Below, one piece after another: positions 50,661-61,537 of a stretch of DNA of 64,000 nucleotides. Location of the stretch: contig NC_083776.1 in NCBI RefSeq assembly GCF_963514075.1, positions 18,886,415-18,950,414 on the forward strand, in the 5' to 3' direction. Origin of the DNA: Conger conger. Taxonomy: Eukaryota. The position numbers and the translations under genes are program-made. Numbering within the stretch: position 1 is the first letter of the stretch; each line of letters begins with the position of its first letter. The notes under the pieces are model-generated. The model was not told where the DNA came from. It did not search any database and worked only from the letters and a program-made list of their open reading frames with translations.

Positions 50661-53600
50661 ATCCAGAAACGTTTTATCGCAAATTATGGTTCATTGACAA
50701 AAGTTGTAGCAACAACTGATTACGAAAATCTGGAGTACACCGAATCCTACGACTATCCTGTTACGTTGTTAAGTCAAGTTTAATGGCGATTTAGCAGTTA
50801 ATTTTACCCCGCCTGATATTTTCTCCCCCTCTCTGCTGTAGCAGGGTGCTATTGCCTGTGCTCTCACGTATTGTTTCGTTCGCTCTAATGGCGGACGTGA
50901 GGCAGTGCTACTGATTTGATGGGGGGCAAGTAGTAGCCCCTATCGGAGACAGAGAGTAAGAGGGAATGTACTGTGCCTATTGATTCGTGAAGGTAGGGCA
51001 ATTAACATCCTTATGACAGAATGTTTGTACTCGGTTGTTTTCATAGTATTAAAAATGAAAACATTGTTGATGCAATGCTGTGCTGTAGCGCCCCTTGGGG
51101 TCAAAAGGTGTACTGCACGTGATTGCCCCGGGTAGTCGCTTAGGGGTAACTTTCCAATTAAATGCCACACAGATACAGCATGTTTTTGAGAACCTTTCAG
51201 AACAATTGTACTAGAGTACAATTAAGGAAACGCATGTTAGGATATATATTACAAGCTATACATATAGCTAGTTATTTTCCAAATAAGAACACTGAAATTA
51301 GCTTTGAAGGAACTATATATGATTTGCGCAGGTTATAGATGACGCAAGGGAGTCATCACGTGGCGTGATCTGTCATTATCTGTGGCGAATAGTCGCGAAT
51401 AACTTGTGATTATTTTTCTATAATAACAATGGCGCAGTATTCCTCGCTCACTTCCCCCTAGTTCGCCGCTAATCCAATGGCTGGGTGAGTGCAGGCGACC
51501 AGGGGTGGGATCTGAACAACTGGGCGAAGCACGTTTACTCTCAGCGATTAACAACGGAAACTCGAGCAAGAAAACATGTGTTAAGGAGCAAAATACGACT
51601 AATAACTGAATGATTCCCAACGGCAATGTTTTAAAAGAATGTTAGCTGGCTTCTTGTGAGTTTTAATCTTGTTGACGTCGGAAACCGGTTGCCTTGACAC
51701 TGAGAAGCGTTGGTCCTCGTAATGATTGTTCGACGTCAAGGGTAGGCTATCCATCTTACACCATGTTGAGTTTATAAAACATACAGCCAGAGATTTTGTT
51801 GGATTGTTTGTTAAAGGTGTGCCTTAATGCATTATCATGAACACGCGTTGACAGGCGAAAAGGGGAGCCAATATTCTTTACTTTGTCTTTTTTTATGTTC
51901 TACCTAATTCACCAAAAGCTAATGGCGAATGTAGTTCATAAAGCTATTTCACAATTTAATGGGTTATATGTTGTTGAGGCGCACACATAACAGGGACCCC
52001 TTCTGTTCATGTGATATAATTTCACCAGAGTCATTCTTAACGTGAGGAGGGTGCATGGGTTGGCATTTCTGAGCCGTTTAGGGTGAACGTGAAAAAATAC
52101 ATACGTAATGTTTTCCGAACAGGGCTATCATAATTTGACCAGACCAGTTGTTGGGTTGTCTGTCCTATTTATGATTTAGTTTATCCTGGTTTGGAAAAGC
52201 AAATATGTGCTTTTCATAACTCATTTTCTTTACCATGAAATAGGTCACATTGTTAAAATTGAGGCATTTGGTGCATTCAAGCAAATTTATCCTTGCCAGT
52301 GCTCCATATTGGTGTACTAAACATTGACAACCTTATCTATTGGGGTCTTGTATGTTGTTCTGTTCTTCAACTACTTCCTTGAGGTCTTGTTCTATTCATT
52401 TCAGTGGTAGCACCAGGTCCATTACTGATTCATTTGACTCGTCACTACGCTGTGTATACTAAAGCCTGATATTGTATTGGGGATGTCCAGCTCAGGTATT
52501 GATCTAAAGGCGCTCTAAAGGCACACATTTTTGTAGGAATCTTAAAACATCCCTCTTATTATCTTTTTAAAGGTACAATCAACCCTTTTCCTATTACTTG
52601 AAAACTAATCTTGTGTGAGTGTGAATAGAGCAGGCTGTATGTGAAGTGTGCTGGTCCAAAGACTTGCAGTCATGGCAAAGGCTATATTTCAGGCTTGGTC
52701 TACCATGCATTTTCCAGAAGCAGCAAAATTCCATATCTGGTAGCTCTTCCCATTTGTGACCTCACAACCTAAACTTGTGCCAAAACTTGCCTTGTAATTG
52801 CCTGCAACTTGTCATTCATTGTCAAGGCAAACTGAGGATAGGTAGGTGATAGGTGGTAGGTGACTGCCAAGCTGTTGTCTCTCACTGTGGCTGAGGTCTC
52901 AGCTATTTGTGAAATGAAAATGGAGAGCTCTTGTATGAAAGTTTTTGCAAACCAAGACCATAATTGTATCACTGCTGAAGGGATTGTCAAACAAATACAA
53001 AGACAGGCCATTATCGTTAGTTAATTCATGCTTCGAGTTTAAAGAAACTGAGCTGCCTTTCAAATGATTAGGTATAACACTTGAGTAAAATGCTATATTA
53101 GCATTAAGCACTGCACACTTTTGTGCTGAGCAAACGTGATAACTCGGCGATAACACAGCCGAGTTATCACGTGATATTTCTTAAAATACACTATTTGCCA
53201 TCGTTATAGAAATTTGACACCTCTCACTGTCACATGATTGGATGTGGTAGCAATAGGCACTGAAAGTATGTGAAAGTTGAAATATTTTCAGCTTTAGTAC
53301 TCACTGTATCCTCATGTAACCCCCTGTCTAGCTCCAGAGAGGTTAGAAATGATGTTTTCTCATCTGTTTAGCTGCCATTATGACCTAGGAAGAGGATGTG
53401 AAGACCAATAGGTCAAAGGTTTTCATGGGAATGCAAACATTCTGTGACCAACGATGAGCTTCACTAGCCTATATGTCATATAACACAATGTCCCAATGCG
53501 AACCTGAAAAAAATGAAAGTCACAAAAGCTATTTTTTCCTCAGTCATGGCGAATGTTAATTTTAGGGCGCCCTAGAAGGTGGATGGGATGGTTCGGCGCG

Positions 53601-53691
53601 AGAAGCAGCATGTATGCATGTCTCTCTGCCGTGGCCTTTGATTGACGACGCTGTTGGCCTGTGTACATGTCACCAGGTGGTTGTCTAAGTG

Positions 53692-54487
53692 ATGGACAGT
53701 GGCTTGCCGGAGGGTTCTGACCCCAGGCTGGGCGGAGACGAAGACGGCGTGCCCGCAGAGGCGGAGTCTTCCATGGACCCGGCCCCGCCTACCACGCAGA
53801 GCGCCCCCGTGGAGGGCGCTGACGCCGCCCACGGCGACGATGATGACGATGACGTGGTGCTGGTGGAAGCCCCGCCACCCGTACCCCCAGCCGGGGCTCA
53901 AGCGAGTACCCCCTCCCCAAAGCAAAATGACTGCGCTGAGAAGATTGTTACGGCAACGGCGGCAGCGCCCACACACGACACTAAAACCCCCACTCCCTCT
54001 CCCCCCACCCCCACCCCCACAACGGCGGCCAAGAGCCAGAGCGAGACCATAGTGATTGACGATGAGGAAGACTCCTTTGAGCAGAAGGGCTCTTCCTCAC
54101 AGCCCCCCCCAGTGAGTGTGGCCCCCCCCACCTCTGACAGCCCCCCGCTGAGCAGCACAGAGCCAGACTCGGAGATCAAGATAGCTAACGTCACCACGCT
54201 GGGCGTGGCCAGTTCCGGTCCCGCCATTGCCATGGAGACAGGTGCGTCATTGGGTTCCAAAGGGGACATGAACCTGATGATCACCAGCGTGACGTCGCTG
54301 CAGGGGGTGGGGTCAGGGCCAGGGCTGGAGCAGGACAGCGGGCTGCAGATTGGCAGCACCTTCAGCCTCAACCCGGAGACCCAAATGCAAGCGTCCACGA
54401 GCAGGCCTGCGACCTTTAACCCCGGCCGGGTCGGCACCGCCAACGAGCCTGTGCAGAACGGGGAGACCACCACACACCAAAGATCTG
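53692..54487 (+). CDS. zmym2: zmym2 first coding exon (MDSGLPEGSDPRLGGDEDG...DDDDDDVVLVEAPPP...SETIVIDDEEDSFEQKG...TEPDSEIKIANVTTLG...DMNLMITSVTSLQ...FNPGRVGTANEPVQNGETTTHQRS). The exon probably begins about 53677, after the acceptor caccag|.
   Basis: ORF 53689..54639. Donor AGATCTG|gtaatgg. Matches human ZMYM2 blocks VEDDDDVVFIEP, SETIVIDDEEDMETNQG, TEPDSEIQIANVTTL, DMNLMITHVTSLQ, FNPGRM...FQNGESATHHNPDS. Confidence 0.85.
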
Positions 54488-55027
54488 GTAATGGTCATAG
54501 ACACACACACACATACACACACACACGTATGTACAGACAAGCAACTGTATGCACACGCACACATACTCCATGTATGTCTTTGATTGATGCAGACCTCCAA
54601 GTTGACCTGCATCTGGGCTCAAAGGCTGATCGACATTGAGTCATGAATCGACCACGTTTCTTCCTATAATAGATCAGTTTCGTACTCATGGATTTGCCGA
54701 AGTCACAAATCCTTTCCACCCCACTAATGGACGTCATATTGACCTGATTGATTAGACGTCAAAACAACGTGAAAATGTTTGATGGTGAGAGAAAAAGAGT
54801 TTGCAGTGTTGTTAACATCCTCCATGTATCTCCTTGAACGGTGGGCTGAATATTAATTTTGTAATATTTATTCATATTTAATATTGCTGGGCTTATGATT
54901 GCCATTCTTAATATGAAGAAAATAAAAACAAAAAGAATACATTTTTCATAAAGAATGTTGAAAGAGAGTTTCATTGAAAGGGTTGAAGTGCTGGTCTGTG
55001 TTTTAAGGGTTGAGTTTTTCCGCACAG

Positions 55028-55313
55028 ATTTGTGGATATCCCAGTCGGCTACTTTCCCGAGGAACCAGAAGCAGCCCGGCGTGGACTCCCCGGCACCGGC
55101 CGCCTCGCTGCCCAAGCAGGTGCCCTCACCCTCGGGCTCCCAGCAGGCCCCCAGGACGGTCAAGGTCACCTGCGCCAACTGCCGCAAGCCCCTGAAGAAA
55201 GGACAGACGGCCTACCAGCGCAAAGGCTCCGCCCACCTCTTCTGCTCCACCACCTGCCTCTCCGCCTTCTCCCACAAGCCCGCCCCCAAGAAGAACTGCA
55301 CCATGTGCAAGAA
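55028..55313 (+). CDS. zmym2: zmym2 coding exon 2 ([96 protein letters not shown]), MYM zinc finger 1.
   Basis: Anchored to ORF 54955..55317. Acceptor ttttccgcacag| and donor AAGAA|gtaagg. Matches human [20 protein letters not shown]...[51 protein letters not shown]. Confidence 0.9.
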
Positions 55314-55392
55314 GTAAGGGCTCAGCCTGTCAAGCACAGCCTGGTAGTAGAGCCGGTTGGTTATATGAGACCTTGCTCCTGAACGTGTCTGA

Positions 55393-55552
55393 AGCCTGAT
55401 TTATACTTCTGTGTCGGAGCTACGCAGAGGCTATGGCGTAGCCTACACATAGCCGCGTTCCCTACCCCGTAGGCTACGCAGAGGCAACGACATGTAGTTC
55501 CATTTCTGGGGAGGTGCATGTCAGGCTATATCAAGTATAAATCAGGCTTTAC
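55393..55552. mobile_element. Small MITE-like element with 16-20 bp terminal inverted repeats (GCCTGATTTATACTTC ... GAAGTATAAATCAGGC-like) and an internal direct repeat GCTACGCAGAGGC. It lies in zmym2 intron 2.
   Basis: Direct reading of gaagcctgatttatacttctgtg...gctatatcaagtataaatcaggctt. Confidence 0.45.
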
Positions 55553-56545
55553 GATGAGGCATTCGCCTAAGATGTGGGGAATGACAGCAGGGCTCCATTG
55601 TAAATGTGTGAAGCGGGGGAGGAGGGAGGAGAGGGAGGTGTGTTCCCAGTTGCCTGTCCTTAAAAGCAGGGTTCTTTGTTACTGATTGTTTCCCCCCTGG
55701 GAGAGGGAACAGGTGGCTGAAGCCATCCCATAGTTACACAAATGAGTCAGATGGCTTGATGACGGATCTAGTGAGGAGGCGGGAAGCAAGGTCTTAATGA
55801 TGTAATTAGCCCTAACACTTATACTACCTGAGTTTTTGGCTACAGTTCTTCAGAAGCACACGTTTGGTAGCTGAAGACTGTTCCTGTGTCTCTATATGAA
55901 ACCTTGCGCTGTGATCTAATTTTCCAGTGAGCCAGTGTTGGTGTACATTAGCTAATTAGCTCATTTAGCAAAGGTAATTGGTGGAAACAGAAACCTGTAC
56001 ACACACTGGCCCTCCAGGACCAGGAATTCCCACCCCTGGTTTCATACAATGAAAAGCAGAGAGGGATGCCATCTGCACCCTTTCTTTCCCACAGACCTGG
56101 AACAGTGTTATGGTAAAGGCCCTTTATGAAGGAGACCCTTTACAGTACAGTTACCGTCGGCTTAGTCAGTCTTTGCTTAGCACTTGCTTAGTCAAATCGG
56201 TCGGATATACTTTCAGATTTTTTTTGCCATAGAGTCCAAAATATTTATGTTGAAAATGTTGCTCAAGGAAGGAGGGAGCGCTAAAGTTACATGACCAGTC
56301 AGTCAGCAACCCTGTCTTTGAAGTCTCAGGAGCTGAATGTGGATTATTTAAGATGCTTCTGGTGATGGAATACGTTTGTGTATAAAGTGTTCTGTGTGGT
56401 CTTTGCTGTGCTTGGAATAAGTTGCTTTTTAAAATTGTTCTTGAATCACGTGGAGGCGCATGGTGCTGATAGGTATTTTTTGTGTATTGTGTGTGGTGAA
56501 TTGAGGGTGGCATGCACTGACTGCTGTGTGTTGTGTTTTTCTCAG

Positions 56546-56708
56546 AGATATCACCAGTATGAAAGGAACAATAGTTGCCCAGGTGGACTCAAGCGAGTCC
56601 TTCCAGGAGTTCTGCAGCACTGGCTGTCTTTCGTCGTACGAGAACAAACAGAACCCGCCCAAGACCCCTGTGAAGACCAGGTGTACGGTCTGCGGGAAAC
56701 TGACTGAA
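56546..56708 (+). CDS. zmym2: zmym2 coding exon 3 (KDITSMKGTIVAQVDSSESFQEFCSTGCLSSYENKQNPPKTPVKTRCTVCGKLTE).
   Basis: Anchored to ORF 56526..56792. Acceptor tgtttttctcag| and donor ACTGAA|gtaagc. Matches human DITTMKGTIVAQVDSSESFQEFCSTSCLSLYEDKQNP...RCTICGKLTE. Confidence 0.9.
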
Positions 56709-56818
56709 GTAAGCCAGCCGACAGCTGAAGTGGATGACCACACGTGGGAAATGCTCTCGGTGTTGACACTTGTGTGTGCCGGTTTATTTTAATAAAAATG
56801 TCCCCCTCTTTCCTTAAG

Positions 56819-57025
56819 ATTCGCCACGAAGTCAGCTTTAAGAACGTCACCCACAAGATCTGCAGCGACATGTGTTTCAACCGCTACCGTATGGCGAACG
56901 GGCTGATCATGAACTGCTGCGAGCATTGTGGGGGCTACCTGCCCACCAAGGCCAACCACTTCCTTGTCATCGATGGCCAGCAGAAACGCTTCTGCTCTCA
57001 CAACTGCGTCAAGGACTACAAGCAG
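56819..57025 (+). CDS. zmym2: zmym2 coding exon 4 ([69 protein letters not shown]).
   Basis: Anchored to ORF 56744..57127. Acceptor ctctttccttaag| and donor TACAAGCAG|gtcagg. 207 nt. Matches human [44 protein letters not shown]...[21 protein letters not shown]. Confidence 0.9.
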
Positions 57026-58025
57026 GTCAGGGCGGCAGGAATCCTACCATCTCACATTATTATCCCCATTGGGTTTCCTGGTTTAACTGTGAGCAGAAGC
57101 ATACAGAAGTCCTGGATGAAGTGGTGAACGTGCCAATGGCATACCGATTAAACATTTTTGTATTCTCATCATAAATTTATCTTACTTTTTTGAACGAAGG
57201 GCTCATACGAGTGTGCGACGTCGGATTCAGTGAACGCACTTAACTTCAGACAACTGTCCTGAATGAAGATTTTCATTATGATACAGTATATACGGTACTG
57301 TACGTAGATTCTGTCATATAGATGGCCAAACGATTAACAAGAACAAGGGACTACTGATACCTGATTCGGTAGACTGTGGTTCCTTTGGTTTTTGGAAAAA
57401 CCTAATCATATGGCAGACTGTTGATCAGCTGTCTTTTTTCTCCTAAACAGTCCACTAAAATATGTTTCTGGAAACATTTTAGGTGAGAAATCCTGATTCA
57501 TATTTGATCTGCAAGGCCTAGTTTGAAAGTTTGATTGGAGTTTGGTGTGCCAGGCGAGCTGTGCTGACATGCACTGCAAGGCTCTTGGTTACATGAGTTG
57601 TACGACAGGTCGGGACCACTCGTAAATGTTGTTCCTACGTAAGAAAATATTCTAAATGACAGAAAATGATTGAATGTGCCAAGTTCTCTTAAATCACTTG
57701 TTTATGAAAGTTTTAAGTGATTTAAGAACTAATGTGTTGTTCTTGCATGAGGCCTGGCGTGTATCGTTTTTGTTTACTTCTCTGACTTTTACGCGGAGGG
57801 TGAGGGTAGTAATGCAGTACAATTGGCAGGGAACTGAGTTTGTAACCTAAAGGTTGCAGGTTCCATTCCCAGGTAGGACACTGCTGTTGAGCACAGTGCA
57901 TAACCTGAATTGCTGCAGTAAAATAAAAAAAAGGAAACCCTCTGGATAAGCGCATTAGCTAAACGCCTGTAATGTAATGGTGATGTTCCCTTGCATGTGA
58001 TTTTTACTTGTATTTCATTTCTCAG

Positions 58026-58194
58026 GCACACGGGAAGATGACGATCTGCAGCGGGTGTAAGACTTCGTGCCGCGCTCTCACAGGCACGCACTGCATCGGG
58101 GCAAATGGCACCATGGAAACGTTCTGCTCCGCCATCTGCATGGCCAAGACCAAGGGCTCCACCACCACCGTCAGCACCACCACCACCACCACCA
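58026..58194 (+). CDS. zmym2: zmym2 coding exon 5 (AHGKMTICSGCKTSCRALTGTHCIGANGTMETFCSAICMAKTKGSTTTVSTTTTTT-).
   Basis: Anchored to ORF 58008..58241. Acceptor tttcatttctcag| and donor ACCA|gtgagtctcc. The phase (+1) is needed to join exon 6 in the MYM frame. Matches human KLTTCTGCRTQCRFFDMTQCIGPNGYMEPYCSTACMNSHKTK. Confidence 0.8.
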
Positions 58195-58345
58195 GTGAGT
58201 CTCCCTCTCCCACACTGTATGGCCTACTGCAGTCACTGTAGAGTGAGTCCCACTCTCCCACACTGTATGGCCTACTGCAGTCACTGTAGAGTGAGTCCCA
58301 CTCTCCCACACTGTATGGCCTACTGCAGTCACTGTAGAGTGAGTG
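58190..58345 (+). repeat. Tandem array, 3 x 48 bp plus a partial unit, beginning exactly at the exon-5 donor. Each unit begins AGTGAGTC(C/T)C and so reiterates the a|gtgagt donor consensus. A further partial copy lies about 270 bp downstream at 58598-58640.
   Basis: Direct reading of agtgagtctccctctcccacactgtatggcctactgcagtcactgtag repeated. ORF-track entries 58105..58362(+) and 58022..58393(-) show periodic peptides. Confidence 0.9.
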
Positions 58346-58666
58346 GAAAGTCCCCCAGATGAACTTCACAACAGGGGTCGTGAAGGGGTGCACAACAATG
58401 GCTGATCAGTTTCTGCATTTTGTGCCAACTTCTGGTCTCAATTATTTAATTGACTCAATCATATCTCATCTGACATGTGCATGAGTGTATCTGAAAGATT
58501 TTACTGTGCTCAAGTACAGGCTTGAACCAGAGTAATTAATAGAGCTGTCAGCAAATGAAAAACAAGGCAATTGGTTGGAACAAAAACCAGTACGCAGACC
58601 GGTAGAGTGAGTGAAAAGTCCCTCAGATGAACTTTACAAGCTGTATCTGTAGCAGTTTTCATGTTT

Positions 58667-58842
58667 AACCCTTTCAGTCCAAAGGCCAATCTGAAGTGGC
58701 TCCACCCAAGTTTTAATAGGTGCTCAAAACAATAGTATAGCAGTCATTTTGATTGGTTGAAAAGGTATAGATTGTAAACTCTTGGAATTTTACAGTAGTA
58801 ACACTTGAGTGCCATATGGCCCTCCCGGAACTGAAAGGGTTC
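58667..58842. mobile_element. Second full-length copy of the CCCTTTCAGTCC MITE (termini AACCCTTTCAGTCCAAAGG ... GGAACTGAAAGGGTT), in zmym2 intron 5.
   Basis: Inverted termini are read directly. Internal AGTGCCATATGGC palindrome is shared with the 8213-8388 copy. Confidence 0.6.
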
Positions 58843-59130
58843 ATACTTTTTGCTGTTGGATGTTTCCCATGGAAGCACTCAATCTGGATTCGCTTTCGAG
58901 TGAAACAGCTTGTACATGTTCACACAGACATTTATGTTTTTAAACAAAAAAACGAACAAACAGAAACTGCTCTATTGATTTATACCGACATTGAACTGAC
59001 TGGTGGATGCCTCAGGATCATACTGCAGGAATTTGGGTCCAACAGCTAGAAGGATTTCTCTGGGATGTTATGTGTGTGTCTGTGTTATCAAAAACCTTCT
59101 TTAAGCCCCCCCTCATTTGTCTGTCCTCAG

Positions 59131-59246
59131 CTACTGAACCCCGCTGTCATTTCTGTAAAGAGAAGGCCTTGCCGCAGTACCAGGCCACACTTCCAGAGGG
59201 GGTGGTGTATAACTACTGCAGCTCCACCTGCATGACTAAATTTCAG
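59131..59246 (+). CDS. zmym2: zmym2 coding exon 6 (-TEPRCHFCKEKALPQYQATLPEGVVYNYCSSTCMTKFQ).
   Basis: Anchored to ORF 59007..59408. Acceptor tgtctgtcctcag| and donor TTTCAG|gtacagg. 116 nt (2 + 38 codons). Matches human ICHFCKRNSLPQYQATMPDGKLYNFCNSSCVAKFQ. Confidence 0.85.
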
Positions 59247-59672
59247 GTACAGGAACTCTGTCCTGGTGGGCATGCTGGTGGTTTGGAATCATTAACCCTG
59301 TTTTTGCAATGTACTAAATGTTTCAAAATGCCAAGCCAGTGTTCTAGAACTCCATTGGTTTCAGTTACCAGGAGTGATTTTTACATCAGCATTAGCATGT
59401 TCAGTTAAGATGATTCTGATCACACATTTGTGATCTCACACCTAAAAGAGGTAATGGATTTATACCTCATCAAAAAGCACTAGTCCCTGTGACATTGAGT
59501 GATATTTCTTGGGAGGAAAAAAAAAAAAAAAAAAGGAAGAAATTGTCACAGATCTCTGCTTTCTTAGCCCAGTCGCCTACAAAAGATAAAGCGCTTGAGA
59601 TAATGCTGTTCTGTAAGAGCCTTATTTAAGACCCAGCTTGAGTTTAGGATTTCTTTTTCTTCTCCCGTTTAG

Positions 59673-59804
59673 GATTTTACTGCCCTTTCCGGGAAAAAGT
59701 CAAACGGTCAGACGGCACCTTCCTCCACAACCAACAACATTCAGCTCAAGTGCAATTACTGCAGAGGGGCCTTCAGTCTGAAGCCCCAGACCCTGGAGTG
59801 GGAG
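59673..59804 (+). CDS. zmym2: zmym2 coding exon 7 (DFTALSGKKSNGQTAPSSTTNNIQLKCNYCRGAFSLKPQTLEWE).
   Basis: Acceptor ctcccgtttag| and donor TGGGAG|gtgagc. 132 nt = 44 codons. Matches human SDIQLKCNYCKNSFCSKPEILEWE. Confidence 0.8.
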
Positions 59805-60213
59805 GTGAGCTCCAGCATGTGTGTGTCTGCTCTCACTTCATTCCAGTGCAGTTATTTAGCTGATGCTTTTAACCAGACTTAGAGTTGATTTGAGGAAGGT
59901 ATTCGGCAGTCCGGTATCCATACGACCGGTCTGAAATTTCACTCTCTTCCCCCCCAGAATACAGAAGAGCGTTTGTTAATCAGTGACATTTCTTCACAGT
60001 TGACAATTTAGGAACTAACACAGACTTTCATTACTAATCGAGAACCAGGTTCATTTGAGCATTCCCACTGGTTTAAGTGGTTCGCTCCATTTTATTTGAT
60101 GGCCCCCCTCAGTTTTGACCGGTCTCCTCGGTGACCGTGTCTCTCCTGCGGTCAGGAGTGTAAATGGGAGTGAAGATCAGCGATATTTAAACAGGACTTT
60201 CTCATTCCTCCAG

Positions 60214-60364
60214 AACAAAGTCTACCAGTTCTGTAGCAAGCCCTGCTGCGACGACTATAAGAAGTTGCACTGCATAGTTACGTTCTGCGAGTACTGTCAG
60301 GAGGAGAAGACTCTTCACGAAACCGTCAAGTTCTCAGGGGTGAAGAAGCCCTTCTGCAGTGAGG
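60214..60364 (+). CDS. zmym2: zmym2 coding exon 8 (NKVYQFCSKPCCDDYKKLHCIVTFCEYCQEEKTLHETVKFSGVKKPFCSEG-).
   Basis: Anchored to ORF 60115..60444. Acceptor ttcctccag| and donor GAGG|gtgagatg. 151 nt. Matches human NKVHQFCSKTCSDDYKKLHCIVTYCEYCQEEKTLHETVNFSGVKRPFCSEG. Confidence 0.9.
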
Positions 60365-60799
60365 GTGAGATGCTTGTCCTTCTCCCTGCACTTCTCCTTT
60401 CTACATTTCCCTTTTCATTCCGTCCCTCAGGTGTGAACACGTGAAGCTTGTTAATCACTCCGAATAAGTAAATAATGTATTGATACGGTTAGGTGTTATG
60501 TACTGGTCGTTCCTGTTACTGTACTGAATTTGCGTACTCTCTGCAATAAATGACTAACTGATTAATGAAATGTGTCCACTAGATGGAGTGCTTGCACAAG
60601 AGTCGTCGCTTGTGAGCTGAAAGTCTGGAAAGCTGTCGTTTTACTGTCAAATCTTTTTTTTCCCTAAAAAGTGGGGATCTCATAGTTCTCACTTCTGCGT
60701 TATTGAACCAGTTGATTATTTATTGATTGATTATTGACTGATTGCGGCTGATTAATTAATTGATATTTTTTGTCCTCCTTCCCTCCTCATCACCCCCAG

Positions 60800-60972
60800 G
60801 ATGCAAACTGCTGTACAAGCAGGAATTTGCCAAGCGACTGGGGCTGAAGTGTGTCACATGCAACCATTGCACCCAGATGTGCAAGAGAGGCGTGACCAAG
60901 CAGATCGACGGAGTACAGCGGGACTTCTGCAGCGAGCCCTGCGCCAATAAGTTCAATGACTGGTACTACAAG
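60800..60972 (+). CDS. zmym2: zmym2 coding exon 9 (-CKLLYKQEFAKRLGLKCVTCNHCTQMCKRGVTKQIDGVQRDFCSEPCANKFNDWYYK).
   Basis: Anchored to ORF 60760..61098. Acceptor cacccccag| and donor TACAAG|gtgagtctc. 173 nt. Matches human CKLLYKQDFARRLGLRCVTCNYCSQLCKKGATKELDGVVRDFCSEDCCKKFQDWYYK. Confidence 0.9.
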
Positions 60973-61047
60973 GTGAGTCTCAGAAACGCTTATGGCTCTC
61001 TGTTCAATGACTGGTACTACCAGGTGAGACTCAGAAACACTCCTGGT
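60951..61047 (+). repeat. Tandem duplication (period 51 bp) of the exon-9 3' end plus its splice donor: TTCAATGACTGGTACTACAAG|gtgagtctcagaaac ... TTCAATGACTGGTACTACCAG|gtgagactcagaaac.
   Basis: Direct reading. The exon-9 ORF reads through the first gtgagt in frame to the second donor (KVSLRNAYGSLFNDWYYQ). Confidence 0.9.
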
Positions 61048-61097
61048 TTTGTACAAAATGGCCGTAGTGCAACTTCTCCTGCTCTGTTCCTTAGCTA

Positions 61098-61365
61098 ATG
61101 TGTGTGTGTGTGTGTGTGTGTGTGTGTTCATGTGCATATGTGTGTGTGTGCACGTGTGTGTGTGCGCGTATTTGTGTATATTTTTGTGTGTATGTGTGTA
61201 TGTGTATGTGTTCATGTGCATATGGGTGTGTGTGTTTGCGCACGTGTCTGTGTGTACGTATTTGTGTGTATTTTTGTGTGTGTGCGTGCGCGTGTGTGTG
61301 TATTTTGTGTGTGTGTGTGTGTATTTGTGTTTGTGTGTGTGTGCGCGCGCGTGCCTGTATCTGCT
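61098..61365. repeat. GT/GC-rich compound microsatellite ((GT)n, (GTGTGC)n) of ~270 bp in zmym2 intron 9, ending a few bases from the exon-10 acceptor.
   Basis: Direct reading. ORF-track entries 61049..61411, 61098..61385 and 61102.. are CV-rich translation artefacts. Confidence 0.9.
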
Positions 61366-61371
61366 CTCCAG

Positions 61372-61537
61372 GCGGCGCGCTGTGACTGCTGTAAGCTGCA
61401 GGGGAATCTGAGCGAGTCGGTGCAATGGAGGGCTGAGATGAAGCACTTCTGCGACCAGCAGTGTCTCCTCCGCTTCTACTGTCAGCAGAACGAGCCCAAC
61501 CTGGCCACGCAGAAAGGGCCCGAAAACATGTCCTACG
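61372..61537 (+). CDS. zmym2: zmym2 coding exon 10 (AARCDCCKLQGNLSESVQWRAEMKHFCDQQCLLRFYCQQNEPNLATQKGPENMSYG-).
   Basis: Anchored to ORF 61102..62163. Acceptor tctgctctccag| and donor TCCTACG|gtacgtc. 166 nt. Matches human AARCDCCKSQGTLKERVQWRGEMKHFCDQHCLLRFYCQQNEPNMTTQKGPENLHY. Confidence 0.85.

Noticed and set aside
49092-53692. A possible ZMYM5-like gene between pspc1 and zmym2, as in human.
   Set aside because: No exon-like open frame with MYM-finger cysteines was found in 49100-53650. Only short unsupported ORFs and promoter-like sequence are present.
53572-54639. Long antisense and overlapping ORFs over zmym2 exon 1 (53898..54473(-) 191 aa, 53572..53976(-) 134 aa, 53699..54052(+) 117 aa).
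   Set aside because: These are alternative-frame artefacts of a GC-, Pro- and Ala-rich coding exon. The frame that matches ZMYM2 homology is 53692 onward.
57440-57471. A candidate 32-nt micro-exon (ttttttctcctaaacag|TCCACTAAAATATGTTTCTGGAAACATTTTAG|gtgaga) between zmym2 exons 4 and 5. In one frame it reads PLKYVSGNIL, faintly like human ZMYM2 SFLKEV.
   Set aside because: Its length is not a multiple of three, and exons 4 and 5 already join in phase 0 to 0. The frame that gives PLKYV needs a phase the flanking exons cannot supply. Most likely a chance splice-site pair.
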